In this document: piece by piece, positions 36,977 through 50,205 of the stretch | Layout: every line of letters begins with the position of its first letter | Numbering within the stretch: position 1 is the first letter of the stretch | Assembly (NCBI GenBank): GCA_965153285.1 | Contig: OZ229110.1 | Length of the DNA stretch: 64,000 nucleotides | Direction: 5' to 3' (one strand) | DNA from: Podarcis tiliguerta | Taxonomy: Eukaryota | Made by a program: the position numbers and the translations under genes | Notes under the pieces: generated by a model | What the model saw: only the letters and a program-made list of their open reading frames with translations | Databases searched by the model: none | Told to the model about the DNA's origin: nothing

Positions 36977-37126
36977 GTTTTAACCCACAATGGAATGAGG
37001 CCTTTCAGTTCCAGGTTTGGGTACCAGAGCTGGCACTTCTGCGCTTTGTGGTGGAGGATTATGACAAGGCATCTCGGAATGACTTTGTGGGACAGTACAC
37101 TCTACCTCTTACTAGTGTCAAAGCAG
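36977..37126 (+). CDS. PLCD4: PLCD4 coding exon 14 (C2 domain)
   Basis: [50 protein letters not shown]. Confidence 0.96.
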
Positions 37127-38724
37127 GTGAGCATCTCCCTTTTAGCCCTGTGGGGTGTGGCTACCTTGTGCCAGTTTGCTGCCCCACTGCTGCCAAGATC
37201 AAGAGATGAATGCATCCCCGGCAGTCAAGGTTAGCCAGAGACAGTTATTTGTGTACATAAGGAAGGCAGACTAAGTTACCCCCTTCAACAGAGACTGTAA
37301 CAACTCAGTAAATCAGCACATGGATATTATGATTACAGCACAACACAAAAGTACATAGGATTAGATCCAGACTCTGGGCTCATCCACACCTCCATTTGCC
37401 CTGCCACTTTCCCCTGGAGAAACCTGTGGTTTACTGGTAAATGGAACCAAACAGCAATCAGGTTTTCGTTGAGTTGCCATTTGTTCCAATTCAGCAGTAA
37501 AGAGCAGGTTTTCCGTGGGAGAGCAGTGGGGCAAAGGAATAGCCACTTGGACCTATTTTCCAGGCACAAGACAAGTGGAAGTGTGGAGGAGCCCTTAATG
37601 ACTACCAGGACCCTTCTAACCATGTCTTCTCAGAAGTACCGGTAAATCCCACTGAGTTCAGTGAGGCATACCCAGGTACCGGTAAGTAGAATCAGGAGTG
37701 CATTGTAAGTCTGGATTCAATCAATCAGTTTGATTGAGATGCAGTTAAAGATGCTGCCCTTTTAAACCTATACAGCTGCTCCCTGAATTCTATTATTTAT
37801 TTATTTTTACTTTTAATCCCAAAGCAGGCCTGCCGTTTATCACAACACACAAATTATCTCTCCCCCATGAGAAGTAAAACTCACTTTGCAGGATGGCCGG
37901 GGGGGGGGGCCGCAGGAATATGTATGATTCCATCCTCAGAATCAATGGATTTGCTTCCTTAGTATTAGTTATTACCATACTTGTAGCTGCTCCTAGATCA
38001 CATTGCAGAGTTTTGCATTCCCATCCCGTGTACATACATTTTTTATTTTTTGTAGGGGGAGGGAGGCAGCTCATGTTGCCTCCATCTAGTGGAGAAGAGA
38101 AATCCTGGTGCTAGAATACACACTTCTACAGGTTGTAGCTGTGATCAACCGAATAAATGCATCTGCTGCAGGGCAAGCAGAATATATATCTACTCAAAGG
38201 AATGGGAGAAACCCAAAATTTGTAACCATTCAGAGGAAATTCAAGAGACAGCCAGGAAAAGCTGACTATAGAGACAAATGTGCTCTCTGCCCATGGGTGT
38301 AGCCAGGAACCTCAATCAATGTACTTTCAATGCTTTTCAATATTTTTTGTGGATTGGGGGGGGCAGTGGCTACACCCATATCTCTGCCTGTAGCATTATC
38401 TAGAGGTCAGCAGGAGAGCACAGGCTATGCATGCAGATGAGCCCTGGTTTGTGTGTGTTTTTAGGATCCCACCAGGGCTCTGCTGGTTATAGTAGGCAGA
38501 GTTGGGCCAGTGGTTTAACTCAGTGGTTTAACTCAGGGATAGCAAGCATGGGACTCTCCAGGTGTTGTTGAAGTACAGCTCCCACAATCGCTGGCCATTG
38601 GCCATGCTGGCTGAGGCTGATGGCAGCTGGAGCCCAACAACATGGTTGGTTACCCTTGGCCTAACTCAACACAAGGCAGCTTCAAACACTGTGCGTGGCT
38701 CTTTTTTTTGTGTCTCCCATGCAG

Positions 38725-38828
38725 GATACCGCCACATCCACCTTCTTTCCAAGGATGGGACGGGGATCCCACCAGCCTCCCTATTTGTCCATATCCGAAT
38801 CAGGGAGTTGTCAACAGAGAGTGACTAA
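38725..38828 (+). CDS. PLCD4: PLCD4 last coding exon
   Basis: [37 protein letters not shown]; spliced CDS totals 2286 nt (761 aa). Confidence 0.96.
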
Positions 38829-40640
38829 AGCAACTGTGTCTCCAAATACAGCTCTTCCCTCTCTGCCCCATTTAGGTTGGAGAATGTGGGGGGAGGGGGA
38901 GGGAAGGGGACAAGAGTTGTCTTAAGAATGGATGCCATACCCCACTCCATCTGCCTGCCTCTCTTGTTCCTACAAAGCACTGGACTGAAAAGTTACTTTG
39001 CACTACTATATATATATATATTATTATTATTTTTTCAAAACGAAAACCCAACCCAACAGTTTTGTATCATTTTGCTGCTATTTTTTTAAAGAAAGAATTT
39101 AAACTATTGTGATTTGCACAGTTCCCAGACCCTCCAACTATATCTGTCCACTTGTATGGTTCAGTTTTAAAATCTACCTCCGTTGTGCAAAAAGGGCAGG
39201 ACAGGCTACTGCAGCCGCGAATGGGACCTACCCCAAAGCAGACTTGACGATATTCAAAAGGAAGGGTGAATTTCTTTCAATAACGTCAGCCAACCATCAA
39301 GTCTTTCCAAAGGGCTTTGTTTTTCCACCTGTCTTCAAGGGCAACTCTCCTGATCTGGGCCCAGAAGTAGGTCCAGTCTGCTAGCCACCTTTAAAGTAGC
39401 ATCAGAAGGTGGCTGATCAAGCTTTTCCTGGATGCTCCTGACAAGATTTGGCAATAACCGAGAGAAGCAAGAAAGGATTCCGGTGTTGACTCTTGTGGCA
39501 TCTCCTCTTTCTAACTGAGCAAAAGAGACAGGAAGAAGCTAAGCTGTTTGACCACCTGCTCTTTTTCCTTGCAGATTGCATGAGAAAGGGGAAACCCTGC
39601 TCTATTTATTCCCCTTGCCCAATCTGAATGGTACTGAGATACTGCAAGATTTTCCCTTCCTCTTCTCCTAGCTGTAGCCCTCCCGTTACCACCACCCAGT
39701 TAGCAGCTAATAGGGTGCTTGTATATATGGATGTTTATCGCTTAGCAAACATTTGACAAGATGCATCTGGGAAACTGACATCGCACATGGAAAGCCTTCC
39801 ACAGAGCCGCTAACAATACTTTCCAATGGAGGCAGTTTGCACAGCTAGGTAGAAGCCATCAAATGATGTACAGTGTGTGCCTATGATTATCAGCCCTCAG
39901 GGAAAGAGTAGAAAGGACTTATCCGACTGATTCCTTGAAGACTGCCATAAAGATAAAAGGAATGCCAACAATTCCTTTTCTCAGCTCAATAACCATTGAC
40001 TTCCTGTCAAGTATGTGTTGGCCAAGGAGCTCTGACAGTCTAATTCTGCCTTTATATAGAAAGATGTTGGCTAGACTCGAATCATCCTCTAAATCAACTC
40101 TAAGTAGGAAGTGATAAGATTCTTATAGATGAGCTTGTCTTTTTCTGCATCAGCACTAACAATATTTATACAACTGACTCCTCAGTAAGAATTCTTCCAC
40201 AGCAGGAATGCCTTGGTATTCTCAAAGCCTCCATAAACATAACGCCTTTTTTCTGATGCAATTAAGATGCTAGCTCCACAAAAATGTGATGAGAACAATG
40301 GTCACCAACACAGAACCCACAGGTGACAGTGCATCAACTAGTTCCTATGGTGCTCAAAAAAGGTTTCAGCAAACATCTCAAAAATCCATAATGTGCAAGA
40401 GACTGTTTGAGCTTCTTGTTCAACCCTATTTCATTAGATACCAGATTGTACACGCTTTTGGTGTCCTCCTCCCCCTAATGATTGGGGGGGGGGCTGGGCT
40501 ATCTGTACCATTTGTGGTCCTCCTTGTCTGTTCTCTTAGTCATGTGGTAGTCATTTTCTGTTATGCCACATTCCTACAGCAGCCATTTTGTGACTGGTAC
40601 CCGCAGCACTTCCTCAAAAAATGTACCCAGTGACACAATT

Positions 40641-41560
40641 CTTATTACTGTTATTATTAATTAGTTTTGTATCCCGCCCTTCATCAAAAAATCCCAGGGC
40701 AGTTCACAATAGAAAAATACAAAACGAGAATACAAACTGCATAATAAAACATAAACAAAAGCAAACCATTAATTCCCCTCCCACAAATACGTTTAAAAGG
40801 CTACAGAATGTTAATCACTTGAATGCTGGTTGAAGAGAAATGTTTTCACCTGGCACCTAGGTTCCAGGTGGCCTTCCCTGGGGAGAGCATTTCACAAACA
40901 GGGAGCCACTACAGAAAACGCCTGTTCTTATGTTGACAGCCTATTGACCTCTTGTGGAGGCACACAAAGGCCTCAGATTATGATCACATTGTTTGGGTAG
41001 GTTCGTGTGGGGAGGGGCAGTCCTTGAGGTATTGCAGTCTTCAGCCGTTTAGGGCTTTATAGGTCAAAACCAGCACTTAGAATTGGGCCTGGAAACTAAC
41101 TGGCAGCCAGTGCAGTCAGGATTGATGTAATATGCTCAACCTGTTTTGCCCCAGTGAGCAACCTGGCTGCCAAACTCTGTACCAGCTAAAGTTTCCAAAC
41201 CATCTTCAGAGGCAGCCCTACATATAATGCGTTGCAATAAACTAACCTATAGGTTATCAGAGCATAGATGACAGAAGTTAGGCTATCCCTGCCCAGATAG
41301 AGGCATAGGGGTAGGGCCATCAACCAAAGCTGATGGAAGGCATTCGGGGTTGTTCAGGCCACATGAGCCTCAAGCGACAGCAAAGGACCCTGAAGTACCC
41401 CCAAGCTATGTATCTGCTCCTTCAGAGGGAGTGTAACCCCATCAAGAACCTCCCATCCATCCGGTCTAGGGAATCACCCACTAACAGTGCTTCAGTCTTA
41501 GGCGGATTAAGCTTCAGTTTGTTTGCTCTCATCCAGTCCATTACCAAGGCAAAACAACAA
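40641..41560 (-). mobile_element. Degraded L2/CR1-group LINE 3' portion
   Basis: AT-rich tail, ttgtatcccgccc 3' end, and decayed RT C-terminal remnants on the minus strand. Confidence 0.65.
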
Positions 41561-44425
41561 GGTTGCTTGCCCCTATAGCCAAGGCTCAGCTCCTTACCAT
41601 TTAGTCTGATCTCGCAGTAGGCATACTCCAGTGCTTTTGTGCTCTAGCAATTTCAGTTGTTAAATTACCCAGTCGCACAAAATAGCGCGTGTACAACTTC
41701 CACATAGCAGCCATAGGCTTCTGCCTCTGAGACGCAACCCTTTTGTGTGGAATGATTTTGGCTGGGAAGCAGAAATAGCAGATAGAACTACAGAGGCCTG
41801 CTGGTTGAAAAATCAAAAGACAGGATAACATTGGCTGCCTCACTGCTCTAGCCATTTAGACTTAAGATGGAGGGCTGCTGAACTACAACTCCTTTACCAT
41901 TAGCCAGGTTGACCAGGGATGATGGGAGTTGTAGTCCCTCATCATTTGAAGTACACCCTGTATGCACCCCACTGGAGGCCAGTTGGACTTTGCCAGTCCC
42001 AGATCAGGGATAGTCAGCATGATGCCCTCAATGCTGGACTCCAACTCCTAGCATACCTGGCCACTGAACATGCTATCTGCTGATGATGATGGGAGATGTT
42101 GTTCAACTATATCTGGAAAGTGCCATGTTGGCTGCCCTTGGGCTAGAGTCTCACAGAACAAAAACCTAATTCATGTGGAAACAGCACTTTGGCTGTGACA
42201 GATGTGACACAGTTACCTGCAAGCTAGCTTGCCTGTTTACAGCATGCCTATGCATCCAGTCAGCTTGTCTTGTTCTCTAGCCACAACCCTCCTACTTGTA
42301 CATCTTTGTTTAACTCAGGTATGTTTACAGATGCAATATATGTCTAAAAATATCTATAGCAATGCATGGAATGTCATTTACTTCCCAAATACTGCCTCCT
42401 TTGTAAAGGGCCGAGACCCTACATATGCAAATTGGTTTTATCAAAATAATAAAAAGACAAGTTTAAAATGGTCTGAAATTCCCTGTTGCAAAATGTGCCT
42501 AAAATGCTGGGAGTTGAGGAGACACACAATTCTGCCATGGGGTAATTTATGCACATTTTCATGGCTTCGTTTCATTGCACAATTTAGATTTTGGCTAACT
42601 GAAGGTTGGGAATAAAGATTAAAACACAGGGAAAATGAAGAGCTATAGAAAAGAAGCAAAGAAGTCCTATGCTGTCCAGCATCCCATTTCCCATGAGAAA
42701 TGAGAAATCCACAAGCAAAACATGAGCATATAGGAACAAAAAAGCAATGTTTAAGACTACCACAGCAGTAGAAATCAACCTTAAATTTGCAATTCTTAGG
42801 AATTGAGTACCTACTCAATTTTGTGTTAGAAAACATCCATTCCATGACATAATCAAAGCTGCAAAGCCTTTCGTGAATGCTGTGGGCTACAGAAAAAGAA
42901 GAAACACAAACCCCTGGAGTTTACCATAAAATGAGGAAAACTGGGCTTAGCTGAGTTTCCAAAGCAGCGGACATCTTTCATTCACAGCAACCATATGCAT
43001 ATACAGGAACAAGAGGGAGCCTCTCTTTTTGTTCATCACACACTCACACTCAAAACACAGCTCTTGGAGTAGCAGCTCAAAATAGGAGGAAAATATGACT
43101 CCAGGTCCTGGTGCCAGTTCTGTTGCCCAGAATGAATATTTCTGGTCTCAAACACATCATTTATGGGGAAATAAAGGATGGGCGAGTGTCTGATCTGTGC
43201 ATATCACAGTGTACACTAGAGTTAGTAAACACACATGAAATTTAAAAAGTGGACAAGTATGCCATGACCTTATTGCTCAAAATTTTTACAACTCTCAGTG
43301 TTCTGCAGCCTCAGCACCTAACTTGCCTTTAAGCAAAAGCTAACTTTTGCACATCATGAACAATCTTCATAGGAAACACTGCAGGGGTGGAAAGTACGTG
43401 AACCTGAAAGGCAAGGCTTAGTTTAGTAAAGCTGCCCAGAAAGGCTTGCGGCACAGTACTACGATGTCAAAAATCAATTAAGTGCAGTTATAAACTCACT
43501 TTGTCAAAAGGGTTTCCAAGACAGCAACCTGCTAAGTGCTCCTGGCCCGTCATAAAGAGGCTTTATCAAATGCTCTCATCCTTTGCAAGCTGGAACAAAC
43601 TGATTACTTCCAAGTAAGATTGACATGTGTCCCTGCACTCCCTAGAAGAAAGGAAGAAAATGCCAAGCCTTTCCCACTACAGCCACTGGCAAGAAGTATA
43701 TACAAGACCTTCCATGCTAATTTTGAAATTCCTGCAAGCAGAAAGCAGCTCTTGCAAATTAGCGCTGTCTGATTAAAATGAACATCATTCCACAGCAACA
43801 CAAATGGCTGGGGTAAAAAACGGTAAAGGTAAAGGACTCCTGGATGGTTAAGTCCAGGTGGATATGAAAGGAATAACTTCATTTTTAAATGCATCAGGCA
43901 GAAGGCTGGTAGCACAAAAATGTACTTGGTGCATCACAAAGCTCTGTCCTGAGGTCACTGGATACAACTTTCAGCAGGGAAGACCATTTCCCAATAGTGC
44001 AGACTTTTAGAAAGCATGGGACCTTATGAGTAACTATTCTCATACCAAGACCCTTTTTCAGAAGCCAGGCTCAATCCTCCCTCCCAACTTCCATAAAGTA
44101 TTGTTTCTCCCAGCACTCACCCTTCATCTTGACTGCCCTATTGGGCAAAGCAAAGAATTCAACACCATGAAAATTGCAAAGAAAGCTGGAGATCCCTTTT
44201 ATACAGTCACATATTTTACATCCCATGTACAGATATGACTATAAAACATACACAATGGCGTACGCCTGACCTACAGAGGCCAGTGTTTGCCCTAGCGGGC
44301 TTGAAACAGCTTGGATGGGCACATCGTGTGCTTCCAGGCTGAGGGCTTCCACCCACTTCCAGTTCATGGAAACCACAGCAAAGTGTCATCTCAATGTGCA
44401 AAGTTCATTTCCCCCCAGGTTTGAC

Positions 44426-44913
44426 TTAGCCATGCGGTGACACCTGGGCCTCGATCACCTCTGGGTGCTTGGAGGGGGGAATCTCCAGCTGAGCATCATG
44501 TAGGTGGACAGGAAGTGTACTAGGGTCCTTGCCCACCCCTTTGCTGAGATCCCCCTCCATCCCGCCCTGCTCAGGGTGGTGCCTCTGCAGATGCTTGATC
44601 ACTTGGAACTTCTGCTTGGCTTTGTAGCTGCAGTAGCGGCAGAAGAAAGGGTGCTCGTTGGTGTGCGTGAGATAGTGATGCCGCAAGCCGGCTGCCCACC
44701 GGAAACCCCGGTAGCAGACGTTGCAGACATACGGCTTTTCCTCGCTGTGCTTCTTCAGGTGCGTCTTGAGGAGGAAGCGAGTCTTAAAGGCCTTCCCGCA
44801 CTGCTCGCAGATGAAAGAGCGGGCCTCGCGGTGGCGCGTCTCCTTGTGGATGCGCAGGGCATCGGCACGGTTGGTGCAGTACTCGCACTCGTCACACTGA
44901 TATGGCTTGATCC
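44426..44913 (-). CDS. ZNF142: ZNF142 last coding exon (C2H2 fingers)
   Basis: GIKPYQCDECEYCTNRADALRIH...FRWAAGLRHHYLTHTNEHPFFCRYC...PHG-TAA. Confidence 0.95.
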
Positions 44914-45796
44914 CTGTGTAGAAAGCACAGAGCAACACACTGGAAGCAGGTGGGAGATGCCAGACCATCAAAACCAAGCCACAGCCCATGTGTCTTCCAC
45001 CTCAACAGTGCTCAACATTGCCACTCATCCATGCTCTAAAGGATGGTGCATGCCCTGGCGAAAGGAGTGTCCCCAAATCTCCACTCAGTACTGCAGCCTC
45101 ATATGTTGGTCTTGAACTATGGCTACAAAAATACCCCAAATTCTAATGAAAACTCCTTCAGCAGCCCAAATGCTACCAGGCAGAAATGCTCTCAAATGGA
45201 AATAAGCGGTTGTATCAGACTCAGAGCAGACCTATTAAATCAATGGACATGGCTAACTTAAGCCTCTTGATTTCAATGGGTATACTCTAAGCACGGCCCA
45301 AGTTTCATCAGTGTGGCAGTCAGTGCATTATTAACCAGAAGGATTGGAGATGGAACAAGGAAAGCAAGAATGCCTGCGGTGAGATATGTATTTCAAAATT
45401 GATGTGTACCAACACTTCCAAAAGCTACAGTCAGTTCTTTACTCTGATATCCCCACCCAAAATAGATGCACTGGTGGACCAGCAACATTTCAAAAGGGAC
45501 AATATTCTGTCTAGTTCTTCACAGAACAGACTGCTGCCACATTTCTTCAAGTATCTACAGATCACCGTGTCTACTCTCATAAATCCAATTGTGATGAAAG
45601 AAATCTCTATCAAATCTGGACCATGCCAACTGTTTGCCTCTGCATACAGCTTTTGAAAGGTTACAAGAGGTTCTGTTCTTCACATCACGTGAACAAAACA
45701 CATGGCCCTGCAAGGCTTTATCCCCCCAAGAGGAACAGAGGCTGCCCTTTCTAGCTCCTGAGTGCCCAGACCTCCAAATTCCAGTGAAGCACTTGC

Positions 45797-45902
45797 CTGT
45801 ATGCTTTGTCATGTGGTACTTCAGTTGATTCACCCACTTGCACTTGTAGCCGCATTCCGGGCAAAGGTACTTCCTCTCCTCCTTGTGTATGCGCATGTGA
45901 TA
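45797..45902 (-). CDS. ZNF142: ZNF142 coding exon 7
   Basis: YHMRIHKEERKYLCPECGYKCKWVNQLKYHMTKHT; donor is G|GCAAGT (GC-AG). Confidence 0.93.
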
Positions 45903-46672
45903 CTGGGCAGAGAGAGGGAGACAAAGGGGGGGGGGAGGTCACACATGTGGGACACCAACCTCACAAGTGGTTTAATTCAGTTACTTGACTGGAACATTAT
46001 TATGAACCCAGGAAACAAGGAAGACTAAACAGTGAAGCAAATGTATCAACAGGTACCCTGGGCTCCTTTGGGAGGAAGGGCAGGAGATAAATTGTATAAA
46101 GAAAAAAATAATTCACCCAGTGGACCCGTGGTCCTAACAGGCAACCTGGATGACAGTCCTCTTGCACAAGGACAGAGAGGGAATACTACGGACAGTAAGG
46201 CACTGAAAAGTCACAGTAACAAAGGCCAGACTTAACCCACCGCATCTGAGGCACTCCTTAGTTTTGTTTCTTGTTTTTGTTTTTCATTTCAACCTTTCAA
46301 AATGCATGCAGGAGAGGGGCAAGACTGGCTGAAGCATAAGAGAGAGTTGTAAGATTTCAAGAGAGGAGGAAGAGATCAGAATCACAGACTGGAAGCAGCC
46401 AGTCTAGCTGGGCTGAAAAAAACCCCCGGATAGCAACAGATGTTTCATATGGTCTGTCACTGAAAGGCGATCGTATTAGACAATTACTGGATAGGTTTTG
46501 CCTCCACTGGTGGCAATTAAATCTTCTAACAGGAAGTTAAAACCAGAACAAATGAAGCTAAAGTTAAGTCCCTCCGAAAGGGGAAACAGATAGGTACATA
46601 CTGGGCAGGGGGTGGACAAATCAGGCAAGGCAATCATTATTAACCATCATCCCAAGCATGGATGGCTCTCAC

Positions 46673-49600
46673 CTTGAGTCGCGAAGGATCAGCGCAGGCG
46701 TACTGGCACAGGTGGCACTTGTAAGGCTTCTCCCCGGTGTGGATGCGGATGTGCCACGTGATCTTCTGCTTGTTCTTGGTGGCGTACTCGCAGTCGGAGC
46801 ACTTGTAGATGCGGGTGCCACCGTGGCCCTTCACGTGGTGGTCCAGGACCAGCTGGTGGCAGCAACTGAAGTCGCAGAAGGAGCACCTGAGCAGCCTCTC
46901 GCTGGCCGCGGGGGGTTCATGGGCCTCCAAGTAGTGGCTCACCAGCTGCTGCCGCTCCTTGGCCGCGTAGCTGCAGATGTCGCAGCGGTGGCTGAAGTGC
47001 AGCTTCTTGTGCTCCTCCAGCTCCTCGCGGGTGGCCAGCGTGGCCTTGCAGGTGGCGCACTCCAGGTGCGGGTGCTGCTTCTGGACGTGGCACTTGAGGG
47101 TGGCCTCGCTGTGGCAGACGAAGGTGCAGCGAGGGCAGGCGTAGGAGACCTTCTCCTCATGCTGGCGCAGGGCATGCTGCTTGAGGGCCGTCTCCGAGCT
47201 GAAGCGGGCTTGGCAGTGGGCGCAGGCAAAGTTCAGCTCCCCCTGGTGGCAGCTGTTGACGTGGCGGGTGATGTCGTTCTGGATGTAGCCGCTGTAGTCA
47301 CAGAGTGGGCAGAAGTGGGTGGGCTTCTTCTCGTGGACCCGCAGGCGGTGGATGCGCAGCTTGGAGTTGGTGCCGAAAGTTTGGCCGCAGGTGGGGCAGG
47401 CGATGCGGCCCACGCCTGTGTGCAAAGACTGGTGGGCATCCAGCCGGTAGCGCCGGGTGGTGCTGAACTCGCAGTAAGGGCACTTGTGGGGCTTCTCGCC
47501 CTCGTGCTTGATGCGCACGTGCTGGCGCAGACAGCGCACCTGCTTGCAGGTGAAGTCGCACTGGCGGCAGGCCAGCTGCGGCCGGCTGCTGTAGTACTTG
47601 CGGTGGAGTTTGCGGTGCAGTCGGAGCGCTGCCGCGGCCTTGGAAGTGAAGGGGCACAGCGTGCAGCGGAACTCGCCCAGCTTCAGGCAGCCCCGCTTCT
47701 TGTGGGTCTTCAGGGCACGCTCCTGGTGGCACGTGAAGGGGCAGGAGGGGCAGGAGAAGTGCCGCTTCTTGTGTGTGGCCACAGGGCGGGGAGAGCTTGC
47801 TCCCGCTGGCTCATTGGCCCGACCCATCTCCTTGCAGATGATTTGTCCATTTGCTTGCTGATCTCCGCCCTCCGAGTCCGCCCTGCGCTTGGTCCTTTCC
47901 AGCAGCCGGGTGGGATGAGCTTCAACGTGCCCCTCCAACTGGTGGATCTTAACGGCCCTCTTAGAATGGAACGGCTTAGAGCACAATGGGCAGCAGAACT
48001 GCTCTGAGCCACGGCAGCCGTCCTCTACGTGGGAGCGGATGGTGGACACCCGTGAACAGGCAAAAGAACAGGCTTTGCAGTGGAACTTGCTCTGCTCCAC
48101 ATAGTATTTCTCTAAGGGATAGCTAGCTGTGTCAGCGGTAGCTCCTGGCAACTGTTCTTCTACCATGGTTTCAGGGACATCCTGAGATGGCTTCTCTTGC
48201 AAACTAATGGCCAAGGACTGTGTGTTGGGAAGGACAGCGGCCGCAGATTCAGCATTCACAGGCGTCGGTTCTGCATCCCAGGAAGCCTTTTGAAGCTTGC
48301 TCACCTCCTCGTCCGGGGCTCCTGCCTCATTCTTCTTAGCCTCCGCTATTTCCAGGCTCTTGCCATTGGGCTGTACTGCAGCAGGCTGGTCTAAGCAGGC
48401 TGCTTTCCCGCCAGTCTTCTTCACGAGGGCCGGACATTTCTTAAGGAGGTGGGTATTCAGGCCTCTCTGCTGCTTGAAAATGGCCCCACACTCCTGGCAC
48501 ACCAAGGGGCATTTCCTGCCATGACAGCCAGCTTTGCAGTGCACCAGCATTGACTTCTCCTTCCTGGTGATGTAAGAGCATTTCTCACACTTGAAGACGC
48601 GGCTCTCGGACTGAACCACCAACATCTGCACCCTGCCTTCCAGGACCAGGGTTTCGGCTTGCTCCTTGTCCTGCCTCCTTAGAGCTTTCAGCACAGATTC
48701 TGAATCGGAGCCTTCTTCAGAGGGAGGAAGCATATCTTCTGGGGCAAGGAGAGTCTCGTGGCCAGTAACAGGTCGAAGAGAATCTTGCTTTGACCCCTTT
48801 GGCCAAGCTTCCTCTATACTGGGTTCTTTGCACCCCAATCCCTGCTCAGGGCTGGGTGGTGCCTGCTGAAGTTCAGAGTCCCGCCCATCACCCTTACTGT
48901 CCCCCAGATCCTGCTGAGCATCTTTTTTGTTCTCTTCAACAGTCCTTGACCCAGCATCTTTCTCCAGCTCCATCTCTCTATCCTCATGTACCTCTGCCTC
49001 CTCCTCAAAGTCAGGGATGTCGTCGAGAGCAGATTCGCTGTCCTCCAGGAGGAGGGACTCCTTGGAACCTAATGCTTCATAGGCCGATTCCACCTCCTTA
49101 GAATTCAGGGCCGCCCCACTGTCTGGCATTGCTGCGGGCATCTCCTCAACCAGCTGCTCTGGGTCAGAGCTACACAGGGTCTCCAGATGCAGTGTGCAAG
49201 TTGGAAGGGGCTTCCCAATACTGCCTGATTCCCCTGAGCCCTTCGGAAAGGCTTTGGTTGAGACTTCCTCTGAAGGGGCTGCATCTGTCTTACTATGGTC
49301 TTGCTCTCCCACCACTTCCTCTCTCCCAGTCTCAGCATTGCCTTCACTCCCAAAGAGAGACATGATGAAAGTCTCCTGGGGGCCATCCTCCTCCTGGACC
49401 TCTGAAACAAGGGCCTTGGTTTTGTCATGCCTCCTGGGGAGGGAGGGACTGGGCTCAGCATGGAGGGTCATGGCCAGGTTGTAACTGAGCAGCACCTCCG
49501 TCGAGGTGACCTCCAGCTCCTTGCTGGCATAGTTCTCCTGCCAGCCCTTGTCACCGGGCACATAGCCGTGGACCTTGCGCTTGTGGAAGAAAAGGCTGGT

Positions 49601-49904
49601 ATTGCTGAAGGTGCGGTAAGGGCAGAGGGCGCAACGGAACTCCCTCTGCTTGGTGTGCTTGCAGTTCTCGTGGTTGAGCAGGGCTTGCTTGTATTTGGTC
49701 TGGTAGCTGCAGTACTGACACTGGAAGACGGGGGACTGGTAGTTCTGGGAGTGCTTCGCCTGCATGTGCTTCTGCAGCTCATACTTGCGCTTGCAAGCAA
49801 AGCCACACACCTCGCAGATCAAGGACTTGCCCTGGTGGCGCAGCTTGTGGCTGCTCAGCTGGTCGGCCCGGTGGCAGCGGTAGGAACACTGGTTACACTG
49901 ATAC
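46673..49904 (-). CDS. ZNF142: ZNF142 large coding exon 6 (3232 bp)
   Basis: YQCNQCSYRCHRADQLSSHKLRHQGKSLICEVC...CADPSRLK|GTGAGA; many C2H2 fingers around an acidic linker. Confidence 0.96.
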
Positions 49905-50027
49905 CTGGTTGCACACAAAAGAAGAGTGGGTCAAGGCCGTGGAAGGAGAAAGGCCTCAGCTCTGCATACGGATTACTTCCTGATACAGGAAACAAGCCAG
50001 GGGAAGGGGATGGGGGTCTCTCAGTAC

Positions 50028-50205
50028 CTCAGATCTCCCGTGTGCTTCCGCATGTGAACGTTCAGGTAGTGCTTCCACTTTGTCACATAGCCACACTCAG
50101 TGCACATGTAGTTCTTGTCGTCAGAGTGGGTCAGCATATGCTTGGAAAGGTAGCTCACGTCTCGGCAAGTGAAGTCGCACAGCTGGCATTTGTGAGGCTT
50201 CTCTC
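50028..50205 (-). CDS. ZNF142: ZNF142 coding exon 5
   Basis: GEKPHKCQLCDFTCRDVSYLSKHMLTH...VHMRKHTGDLR. Confidence 0.96.

Noticed and set aside
39100-44425. Possible overlapping 3' ends of convergent PLCD4 and ZNF142
   Set aside because: No poly(A) site can be assigned from sequence alone, so overlap is unsupported.
46658-48007. 449-aa plus-strand ORF, and similar ORFs at 44504-45115, 49427-50209 and 51518-52255
   Set aside because: Antisense shadows of GC3-rich ZNF142 exons; they coincide with exon extents and have no recognisable domain.
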